Part shown: in pieces, positions 12,807 through 64,000 of the stretch | Position numbering within the stretch: position 1 is the first letter of the stretch | Layout of the letters: every line of letters starts with the position of its first letter | Notes under the pieces: model-generated | Databases searched by the model: none | Told to the model about the DNA's origin: nothing | Seen by the model: only the letters and a program-made list of their open reading frames with translations | Assembly (NCBI RefSeq): GCF_964204645.1 | Contig: NC_134026.1 | Coordinates: 29,236,150-29,300,149, forward strand | From: Tubulanus polymorphus | Taxonomy: Eukaryota; Animalia; Nemertea | Direction of reading: 5' to 3' | DNA: 64,000 bases | Program-made: the position numbers and the translations under genes

Positions 12807-13882
12807 ATGAATATCAGTGGAGTGATTTATGTTTTCGGTACGTATCTAATTGTTAAGTAAAACGATGTTAAAATCCTCTCTATCATAAAATATCCAGAAA
12901 ATGCGTGCATTATTGTTCCACATTTAAATTGAGTCGAATTATTTAATATACTTTGTCGGCCTTGCGGTGACGAGGTATTATTGATATCTCCGATTGATCC
13001 GTCAATATTGGTAGTGCATAGTGGGTTTTAGAAAGAAACGTACAATGATCCGATTCTTAGCGTTCTTTTTAGAATCATTCCCTCCATCTGTAGAAGCTGC
13101 TGCTTTTGGACATTGATGATTTCAGTAACATCAAATTCGGGATTATTCTATTTTAAAGGTATACTATCCTGCACGGTCTTGCGGGTTTACGGTACCAATA
13201 TCAAGGCTGAAATCTGCGCTAGGTACGTGAACTACGACCAACAGGTTTGTCAAGAGTATGCCCAAGAAGGGATTAATTATCTAAGCGGTGATGATGGCCC
13301 ATGTTTAAACTTGGATAAATATAGATTGGTTTGCATATATAATGTGCAGACTTACTATTTTCCATGCACAATTCTTCGAATTGAACCACTTACCGGAGAA
13401 CTCCTTCGTAAATGTATCGATGCTATTGAAAAAGCCGATTCTCAGTGCCGCTGGGATACATGCTTATTGTGCAGTAGAAATTTCGTGACTTATATGAATG
13501 AGGAAAAGGGTGGCATCGAGGCTAATGCGAATGTTTCAGAGAATTGCCGTGTCTATTCGAGTGTTTTGGGGATGATTTGAAAGATTTTGCAGGTAAGATA
13601 TGAAAACACTTGATAGAATAATTGACTATATGTAAGATCTTTCGACGAATATGTAAACGAATGTTCTATACCTCTGTATAAGGCATTGGATTTGGAGCAG
13701 ATGAAAAATTCATCGAAAAATTTACGAAGGTGAAAGGTGTCACGCAGAATGGTAGCTACGTTCTTGATAACGAACCGGTAACATGCGCTGATCAATACGC
13801 GGAAGGTTATGATAAAGCTGACCAGGAAACAAAGCTAGATTCATTTATGGACGGCTTCAACGAATGGAACAAGTGGGATTAA
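12807..13882 (+). pseudogene. Copy B of the secreted Cys-rich gene, frameshifted (pseudogene or 150-aa truncated variant)
   Basis: Exons 12807-12837, 13159-13592 and 13683-13882. It lacks 19 nt (copy A 10294-10312) at 13525/13526, giving a stop at 13578-13580. Confidence 0.75.
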
Positions 13883-14479
13883 ATTGCCGATCAATTTTCA
13901 AAATGCACTCCTGGATAAAAACAACTATATACATATTCATTTATTGGAACCAAAATTTTACATTAGAGAATCATTTACCGTATATCTAGCGTCGTTTTAT
14001 AACCTCAATCATCACATATTGATACCTTTTTGACGCGGTTGAGAGGATTGGAATGGTTAAAATAAACCAAGGTCCTGATTTTCCATAGCTCGGTCAAGAT
14101 ATTCGACGATACGACCATCTTACATTGGAGAGTTTCTTTTTTTTGTAACAGCTTATTTTCTATTGTGAAAAATCCATATGCAAAATTAAAGTCCAACAAT
14201 CGTCAATGTATGCCAGTTAGGATTCGACAGTGCTCGACAATATCGTTGATCCACCGCCAGTTGGAAGCTCGTATCCATCCGCTAACGATGAGCATAGCGC
14301 GTAGCACGTTTAATGTCCGCCTTTAATTAGACATTCTACAGAACTGACAACCCTTACCCATACTGAAAGATCTGTAAGACACGAATCGTTTATCCGAATT
14401 AGAGGGATCTGAGATGATAAAACGTGGTTAGAAAACGTCCTTTAGAACACGAAACAAACAATCAAGACACAGTTAAAAT

Positions 14480-17400
14480 GCAAATCCACCATAAAAGAAT
14501 TTATTATCTGAGTGAGCCTATTGGTAATACAAGACTTGCATGGTACTCTAAAAAATACAAAAATGTGCATGTAAACTGCAAATTTAAATTCATCAGAGAC
14601 TTGTTTTACAACCAACCTGAAATTATTTTACACCAGTGACGTTAATTAAAAATTTATTTACTTCAATTTTCTACACTTATCATTTAAACGAGTACAATTC
14701 TTTAATTAGATCAACATCACTAAACTGTTGGATTCGAAATCAACCCGCGCAGAATCAGACTTCAAAACAAAATATCAGCCCTAAACTTGGGAAGTACACA
14801 AATAGAAGAGAGCCGTGTGAGATCAGGCGTTTTGTCTCCTTCAATGGTTTTAATACATCAATTTGCCACTCTCAGTTTACTATGAAAATTTATGAATCCA
14901 GTTATTTCAATGGCGATGAAAATACAGCATCAATAGGTAGAATACATGTCGCATTTTAGTAGAATAGGGCTGATATTCACGCATGATGATGAAGCAGCAT
15001 TGTGATATGAAGCACACAGCTTTCAAACGCTAGCATCAACCTCGTCTGATCTTCCGTAAACAAGTCTCTGATCAGTTTGATGACAAGTTTTAGGAGATTT
15101 TTTCTATTAAATGTTAGTATTTTCAGTTAATTAGTATTAAAAATAAACATTCAAGATGGCAAACATCTATCTGCATGCAAAAATGTTTTCAGTTTTCATC
15201 AATTATACAAAACCAGTCCTCACAATTGTATTTAGAAAAGATTTGAGTGATAAAATGAAGGCGAAACACACGTAGCCATTTCATGCAATGTTGAATCCTT
15301 CGTATGCGAAGGTTTAGGCATGTCAGGCTGTTGTTGGTGCCATCTTGAATATATCGATGCAAACTAGAAGCACTCAAGGGAGGCACAATAATGATGACAT
15401 CATCCAAACACCGATTTTATTATTAGTCTTTATGGCAGGCCACTTAACATCAAGATTATGATAAAACGGGATTTTTCATTTGAAGCGATGGCAGCCAGGT
15501 TTTTTTTATTTCATCAGGGTGTTGTTAGAAACCCAGCTGCAAACATCGCTGAGTGATATAGCCCAGTACACACCACTACATCGGACATTAAAGTGTATAG
15601 ATAAACTGGATAAAATATCTAGCCACACTGGTACAATTATTAATATTGATAGTATAGAATTTAAACAGATTTTTGGGACAATATAGTAATGCCCGTTTTG
15701 CCTAGTACTATACACAAGTAATGAGAAACATTAAGTGACCTTTACAGATTCGCGGCATTATTAAGGTACATGGTGCTGCACCTTAGCGCCTCTTCCATTT
15801 GGACATGGCCTCCATCGATTTATATCCTCATTTATCATAAAGTATCAAAATATCATTCTTCAGACAAGCATCAGTATCCGATCAACTGAATTTCTGTTCT
15901 AACCATTTTAATTCTTCATTCAACCACGGATATTCTTCCAAAATAACGACCTATCCACAACTGCTCAAGCAGGCAGTGAATACATAGGTACATTAAGTTG
16001 CTAGTATCCGTTTCTTACTGTGTACAAGAATTCAAAGAAAGATTTCATTCAGTAATGTCCAAATCACTTTCACAATATAAAAATCATTTTGTACAAATCA
16101 ACCTACATGGAATGCAAAAAGGGCAATTTTTGGAATGATTAGTTGTTTTTTTCTTTCTAAACAAAACAACGTAACCTGTTGAAAAAATATTCGCTTAATT
16201 GTGTAATGTACGTATAAAAATAGATAAAAAAGATCGATACTGATGCTGTCTAAAATTTGTCCTCTCGGCATTCAAGTTCAAAATGATCACAGACATTGTT
16301 AAGATCCCCTGAGTGACTTGCTTTGAACGCCCAGGACAAAGAACATGAGGCCACTTTCATCGACATTTAAAAACCTGCTCATCAATACACAATCAGGATA
16401 ACACAGAAGTAGTTGGATTCAAACTGTGGCAGGTAAAGTTTTATTCATGTATGAAAGTGACTTCATTATTAAAGCTCTCTCTTAAATACATGCGCTTTCA
16501 CAATTATCGTGACAGACTCCCGAACAGAGAGTGATCACTAACACGAGACCATCGCCCTAAATCTTTACCTAACTGCACCTATCTGTCAAACTAAACCTGG
16601 ACCCGTATGATAAGGATGGCTGAGAATCACATGTAAAGGCAGAAAATCGTTCAATCCTTTCATCAATTTTTTGTTTCATACGAGAAAATACCTGAAATTT
16701 GGATGCTGATTTTCAGCTCAACTACAAAAAAATACATTTCTGCCGTTTACAGTGGTTTGTTTGATTTAGAAAAACTAGCAGATTTTTTAAAATTTACCTA
16801 TGAAAACTTGTGTCAAGCGCACAGTATTATTATATTATACTTATTAACAATTATTCTATGTCAGTGCTGCTTGAAAACAGGACAACACCAATAGTGAATT
16901 GCTGATAATTCAATGACTATGAAAGCATTTCATATATACAGGCGCAAAAAACTAGAAATAAAATATAGAAAATCGAAAAAATACTGATATATTCCAAAAA
17001 TCCAAAAAATTATTGTACACGTACAATACAAAAAGCCTCGATGCACAAAAACCAAATTCAGATTTTCACACCATTTAACATGTATTACAACTAACTTACA
17101 TAGTCCATAGAATATCTGCCATTTAGGTTTATCAGATACTTCGAGAAAAACTTTCTAAGTGAAACATTGACAGCCAAAAAATCTAATATTCAACGATACA
17201 AATAATTTGAAAGAAGTTTTTAAAATCAACGTTATGAAGATATCTGCTCAGCCATCCTAGTAAAACACTTCAATATTCCGTACAGATATCGATTGCTCGC
17301 TAAAAAGCATTTGCGTTCATGGTTAGTGAAATACTTCAAAGGTGAATTATGACAATTTTCTGCAGTCGACTGATTTTAACAAGCACACTATTATTATTCA

Positions 17401-17484
17401 AATCCACCATCGATGGATGAGCATATATTATTTAAGCTGATGATGTTACAATGGTTAGTAGTAGTAGTAATAGTTGTAGTAGTT

Positions 17485-17525
<41 letters not shown>

Positions 17526-20500
17526 TGAAGTAGTAGTAAGGTAATGATCATAAAAAACTTTTTTCAATTTTTGACACAAATCAGTGAGACGATTCTTATT
17601 CGTAGTAAAAATTATGAAAACGACTCTCATAAATGATAGAAAATAAAGGCCACCACAGACCATTGGAATTTATATACTAAAAAAGGAAATCATTTTACTT
17701 TATTGATAAAAAACATATATAGAATCTGGATCCATTAATTTAAGTGTCCAACAAAAATAACTAAGAAAACTCCCCATATACAAAACACAAAAATCGGTAT
17801 GAAAAATCCTTGGCCTTAACCGGATGCCGCATGCATATAACACAAGGTTAAGAACCATCATAAGAGAATACAAGAACCAGGATAACATTTTAACAGCAAA
17901 TCTAGGTCTATAAAAGCATAAAAATGGACTTTTCTTAATTTAAAAATAATCATAAACAGAGAGAATCATCAACGTTATTTATCAAATACATATATACATA
18001 CAAACGCGCATGCCGATAGTACATATACACGGTACATGAGTGAATGACATGTACAACATGGATCATCAGAGTTATATATGCAATACCTAAACATGTGTCA
18101 GTAATACACAATAATATCTTCTAAATAGTGAATATAAACTAAAAAAACACCAGTGTAATACTGTTACATAGCGTAAGTGGGGAAATTCGATCGAGCACAA
18201 AATTCTGACTTGTTCCGTCCGATGAACTGGGAAAAAATCGGATGAATACGAAATCTCTTCACTACTAAATCATTAGTAGAATAGCATGTCATGAAATAGG
18301 GAACTAAATCGATAAATTCACAGCCAAATTTCTTGTTGTTTTTAGTTAAATGATCTTAAATTATTGCTTATGCAACATGTCGGTGTATTTAATGAGTAAC
18401 ATAGAGGCACTGACAGCAGATATCTCCTCATTACTGTAGCTTATCATCAGTTTCTGTAGATAGATTTTTGTAATTCTACAAAAAAATTTACTTTAAAAAA
18501 AGTGAAACAACAAATTTACAGGTTAAGTATAAATTACGTACATAGAAAAAGAATCAATTCGCCAGCAAATAAAAACAAGGTTGAATTCAGACACGAGTCA
18601 ATCATTAAATAAACTAACTAATAAAATGATTTTAATTTTCCCCTCCCTGACCTTCAATTGCACCGGTACAAAACACACGCTAAGCAATATCATAACTGGT
18701 GCAAAAATGGACTTTTTAAACTGGCAGCTGCAGTTTTGATGATGGTGTTGAGGTAGCAAAGCAGCAATCAGCAGAACCAACAACCAAACGGACTAAATCT
18801 CCCCGAGCGCCGCCGTCAGAAATGTGCCGTCAGAATTTCGTGCTCGATATTTTATACTAGTAAAAAACACAACACAAAACGATGAAATATGAACTATTCA
18901 AGCTTGATTCACACCCAATGAAAACCTGGCCACACCTTGGAAACAGACAAAAAATATCTTGTACACACTCATAATTCTTTTTTTTTCTGAAAATTCATAG
19001 CAAAACTCCTTTAAATAGTAAAATAACTACAATTTCTCATTAAAATACAAACAGTGAATTTTCATGTATCATATTTATACCCATAAATGTTGAAAAGGGG
19101 TTTATAGGGGCACAATAATAGAAAACATACACAAAATCACATTAAAGACGGTCTAAACCGGCTGGCTATGATATATTATTATTGCACGAGTTTTTAGGTA
19201 CTCATTGTGTGTTTAAATACATCCGAGGGATGCCACCTACCAGTTATTACATTAATGAAAGTATATTTCAAAAACCAAAACACCGACTGATATCGCATCA
19301 TAACTATACAAAAATTTGGGACAATTAATGCCCACTGTTGAAGGATTTGTTGAACTAATTTCAATAATCTATTGTTCTTCAATCAGTAAGTTTACAAATA
19401 CCACGGTTAATGGTACAACTTTCTCCCGTAATGTTACCATGTACTAGTACATGCCAGTGAAGAGGTTATATGATACAATTAACACCATTCATTCGTTTGT
19501 TAAGATGATCTTAAGACTAGAAATTTTTTTTCATAACCCCAAAGTTCACGTCACTTCAATTCGGAGCATCTCGAGTGACGGTAGTTTCAGGCCTGGTGCA
19601 TCGTGATGCACAAAACTCGAATCGATAATAATTTACAATAAAAAAAAAAATAAATACAAGAGCGTTTTGTTTTGTGTACATGTGCAGCGACTGCACTTAA
19701 CAATTTATATGCATGAATCTATCATATTCAAGCAGAATAGAGAAATAATTTAATCAATAAATAATTTAATAGGAATCAAAGCACAATATATTAATTATCA
19801 TTACTATTACTATTATTATCATATTATATTAACATCTGAAGAAACTGAATATAAAATATTTCCTTAGCTGAGGCTTAATTACCATTAAGCCAAGTCTAAA
19901 TGTACGAAAATGTGGCGATGTCTATTTGCACTTGAATTAAAGCAGTCAGTTAGAAATAATTTAATGGATTATTAGTACACACAAACTGATAATTAGAAAC
20001 AAAAATCAATGTAGCACCACAAAGTAAAAACCGACAGTAGTTGAAGAGGTCACTGATGCCCCACGTGTAAACCTCAAGAACTGCTTCTTTATTCAAGAAA
20101 TACTAAATGCGGCGGCAATTATAAAATCTTTGGAATTCAAGACGATTAATCTATAATCATGTAGTAATAATATATCAATTAATTAATATAAATGTTTATG
20201 AAACCCACACAATATCGTACGTTTAACAATGCGAAGTGCTCCTTCCAAGAACAGTCGCCATCTAGTATATATATACATATATATATATATAGTATATATA
20301 TCAACCATACTATTTATATTATTCAGATATATATTCATATGCAAAAAAGCGAAATTCATGAAAATAAAAAAATTACCCATAAGTCTCGTCATATTAAAAC
20401 TATTTCTTTTTTTCGTATTTTTTTTTTATACATTTTTAAAACTTTTTGAGTACTAAATTGAAAAATAGTTGAAACCTCTCTAGTAAACACATACAGATTC

Positions 20501-23427
20501 AATAAGAAATTGTATTTCGTATTTGATTATTCACACATGCAGCTAGGAATATATAACGCGAATTGTTGTCTCTACTGAACACAACACCAAACACATCGTG
20601 ACGTCGCTCGAATAGTAGGTAATAGCATTATTCAATCATTAGTAAAACATTCCTAAATCTATAGCAGAAATAACCTGTAAAACCTAATATAGGAATATCC
20701 AGTAAACACCATAGTCACTATCTGATTTACCTTCTTATCATAGGATAATCATCAATTATAGTAATTATTATTATTATTATTAAAATATTTTGCACAATGC
20801 GTAAATATACACCAAATCACATTTAGGTAATAAGTTTATATCAGATATGTAGCATTTTTTTGCTCTGACCATATATTATTATATATAATAGAATTATGTA
20901 TTTAATAATATCATTACTATCGTTGAGAAGTTTTTTGTGTTTTTATGAAAGTTTAATCGTACGGAAAAATTAAATCTATATGACTTTACTGTGGTAGTGT
21001 GTGTATAATAACGCAGGTGTGAGAAGTAGTACATGTACTATAATATCTAATTATGCAACAATTATCCAAGGGGGTTTTACTAATCAATATCTAATGCTAT
21101 GGAATAATAACAACAAGACCAAAATAATAAGATAAAAAATATAGTTGTTATAAAATGAATTCCAAACACCCACGTAGATAGGCCTATGAAATGAGTTATA
21201 AACAAATTGCACACGTCATTCTGCACAAGAAAAACAAAGCTAAAAAATAAACCTCTGAAGTTACAAACATTTTGTGCCGACAACTATAATACACTTGCCA
21301 GGGCAGTACTATCGAGTCAACTGATTCGGACTGCAGGGCTGCAGGGCTGCAGGCATAGCAAACTTCTGTTGGCTGAGAAAATTTAGTTGGAAAGGTTGGC
21401 CTTTTTCAATGTACAAATCAAATTTCAAAATCGTTATGCAGCAACGAATAACTGACTGTGTATGTGAGTGTGTGTGTGTGTGTGTGATCACGAGAATAGA
21501 AAGCTCTATTTTGAACGATACACCAAAGATATTTCGAAGGGAACCAAAAACAAATAACAAGAACTGATAGCTATGCATAACATAAAATGCACACTAACAT
21601 CTAGCTTACCACGTAACAGGCAATCACACTGTGATAAACCAAGGTGATAAGCATCTCTGAAGTCTGACTAGATAATATTTCTTGTTTATTGTCTGTGTAT
21701 TATTTTATACAAAAAGCCTATTCGTATTTATTTATTCAGCCCTTGTCAGATAGTAGGTACAAAAATGATTGTCTAAGGTTGCTATAAAAAGGAGTAGAAA
21801 CGACCAAAAATTGTACAGAAACTATCAAAAAGATACAAAATATGTGCAAACATGTACAGCCTCATCTTCCTGTTAATGTTTATATGTTGTTGTTTTTGCC
21901 ATGACTACCAATAAGGGGGGGATATGTGTTATCACATAAAGCTATCTCTAAAAATTATCAAAAAAGCAAAAGACAGACACACAGTGTTTTCATACAAATG
22001 ATTAACGACCAACCATATTTTTTTCCGCTAGGTACATAACATAGATATGCTAGTCTCTACTACCATTGAATAAAATGTAATTGTAAAAATATACTAGAGA
22101 CGCATTTCAAAGGATCACAGACATTGACTACGATAGGGAAACTTTGACACATAAATAGTTTGCATTGAAAACGTGGCGCAAACAATTGGTTGGAGTTATC
22201 GTACAAATCACTGGCTGTGGCAAGTGAGGAATGAGATCACCATATTTGTATTTTTTTTAATGATTATTAAAGTTATTAAAAAGACAAAATTCTTTAAACC
22301 GATTGGTCGAATTATAGCGATCGAAAAAGGGTGAATAGTAGATGAACAGGTCCTGCGAATTATATCTGTCAGTTAGAACTCATAAATATTGATGAATTTC
22401 AAAAACACCAATTGGGTTACACTAGTGCCTTACACCGCCGTCTTAGTTTTACTGGCCAAATCCCATGAGTGTTAGTTAGCACATTAGCTGCATTTTATGC
22501 ACTTTAGTAAAACAATATAGTAGACAAGATAACTACCACTAGTGATAGTGTAAAATGTATATGACATTGCTCGGTAATAGATAAATGTTAAGATATAATA
22601 TTAATATGGTAACTTTATACAAATATATACACATGCTAAGAATAAACCTGTAACCCAGAAAGTAAAAACCTATCGTACAAATGATTTTATTGCCGTAATC
22701 CCGGAGTAATAAAGGAAGGATTTGGTGTCGATTCGAGCCCCGATGAGATGAAACTGACAGAATAACCTCAGGACCACAACTACATATAGAATATCATATA
22801 CATGGACAATTACATTCATATAACACATTGCCTTTGCTCACAACGAATGAGAGAGAGAGAGATAGAGAGAGATGATTTAAACTGACATTAACGATAATTT
22901 GCCAGAAGAAAGTTTTCTTATCATCGAAAGCCGATACTACAACAACAGTTAATGACGATATTATAACCACCAAACTCTAGTACATGTCTGCCACCTATCA
23001 GGCCTTATCTGAACTACTCTTACCTAACGGCTGTATATGCGCCTATTTTGTATCTGTTAACATTTTTCAGTGATTTCAGCAGAAACCATATTTTCATAAA
23101 TTAATCGTAAAAAACATTAGTTTTGCATTGAACTGCGGATGCTGAATTATCATTATTATTATTATTATTTAGCTGAGTATACGCACACTCAGTGTATTAT
23201 AGTTAATCGCTACCCCCTTCCGGCCAGTAATATCTAGCATGTATCAATTCTATATGCTTATTATTACAGGCACAATTTATTATTGATCACAAATGCAGGA
23301 CAATCACATATTATACTAAGAAAACTATAAATGTGCTGAAAGACAGATATTTTACGAAAACTTTCCTCCAGCAAAAGACCTGCAATTCGGCACAGCCGTT
23401 ATCTCACACATCTTGTGCCGTCGTCAC
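14480..23427 (-). promoter_or_regulatory. probable ~9-kb 3'UTR of the CPEB gene with distal poly(A) signals
   Basis: Minus strand is persistently U/G-rich, with no exons and little TE debris. AATAAA(-) at 14500-14505 is followed by GU-rich TTGTTTGTTTC(-) at ~14451-14461; a second AATAAA(-) is at ~14653-14658. Confidence 0.55.
17455..17540. repeat. (GTA)n microsatellite
   Basis: Direct reading. Confidence 0.9.
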
Positions 23428-63020
<39,593 letters not shown>

Positions 63021-64000
63021 CAGTTTAGCGTGTATATGTCCCTAGTTGTTGTTTAGCTGTTAGTGTTTTAGGGACGATGTTGATGTGCGCCACGTCCTCC
63101 TCTAATCAGCTGCGATACACAAGTGATATCACTTCCTCTCTCGCACCAGTTTCTATATACCCACTATACCGGAAGTATGAGGTGTTTCTAACATATGTTC
63201 ATCGATTAAACATTCTAAAAACCTCCCTGAGTTTATATATCAATATGTATTCATTAAATATTAATAGAAACAATAGATTTTTGTCTTATGTGAGTATTTT
63301 AAAGAAGAACCAGATATATCATTAGGGTATCTCGAAACAGCAATGTTTTAACCGTAAATTCAGCGCTAGATGGCGATACCTTACGGTATATCACAGTTCA
63401 TTCATAAAATTAATTAACCGGCGGTGAATGGACCCGATCCGGCAATATTGATGATGTTATATAGTCTTTGTTCTGATTGGTGAAATTGCTAACGAAACAG
63501 AAAATCTGTAAAACACTCTAAGTTAAGAAAAACAACAAAGCCAGACAATGATTTTGTATACGAAAAACATACTTTAGATCGGGCTTTTGATTGGGGCTCA
63601 TAAATAATTGAAATATGTGTTCTCCCACCTTTCTGTTCGCTGCGTGAATATTAATGTAATATTCACAATAGACCCCCTTCAGCCCGTTGTCTGAGACCCA
63701 GCTGTTAGAACGTCATTAACAGCGCATGCTGGTAGCGTCACCCCCCTTTGTCTCGTTTTCGCGACCAACATCCGCATATGTGTCTAATACGCGAATCCGT
63801 TAATTAACGGTTGCAGCCAAAATTGCGGTTGATTACCGTAAGCGCGATCCCTCCTCCCTATAGGTTCGGCTTTATTGGGTCAGATGAGCAGAACACTCAC
63901 TGCTGGTGCCTTACGCGTGTGCACATTATATTACACAATGTTAATTAATTCATGCACGTGTCCTTCATGCTTTCTTTTCAATGGTATCAGATAACAGATT

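Larger units (their letters stand above)
8670..14230 (+). repeat. tandem segmental duplication: copy A ~8670-11020, copy B ~12470-14230
   Basis: Colinear shared blocks in the upstream region, exon 1, part of intron 1, exon 2, intron 2, exon 3 and the downstream flank (e.g. CCATAGCTCGGTCAAGATATTCGAC in both). Confidence 0.95.

Overview
AT-rich, intron-containing animal genomic DNA, most likely a lophotrochozoan-type invertebrate (inference); it is not prokaryotic and most short ORFs in the track are spurious. I assembled the genes by hand from GT-AG junctions with consistent phase. In order: the 3' end of a GPI-type Cu-only SOD (CSRP-like) gene (+, to 753); TMEM128 (-, 4678..3072) head-to-head with a sideroflexin SFXN1/3-type gene (+, 5181..7381); and a tandem pair of unrecognised 3-exon secreted cysteine-rich protein genes (copy A intact, 227 aa; copy B frameshifted) separated by an RTE LINE relic. 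The remainder is a ~40-kb CPEB2/3/4 (orb2-type) gene on the minus strand (63020..23428, 709 aa) with a probable ~9-kb 3'UTR. Two highlights stand out. (1) A 24-nt in-frame microexon (NRGYGKRQ) and a 45-nt cassette exon sit at the positions of the vertebrate CPEB4 neuronal microexon (ARTYGRRR) and its neighbouring cassette. (2) The Cys-rich secreted pair differs at about 37 amino-acid-changing versus about 4 synonymous codons with fixed cysteines, a toxin/effector-like signature. Introns also hold MITEs, tRNA-derived repeats, minisatellites, a Penelope-type hammerhead relic and a spaced palindrome array.
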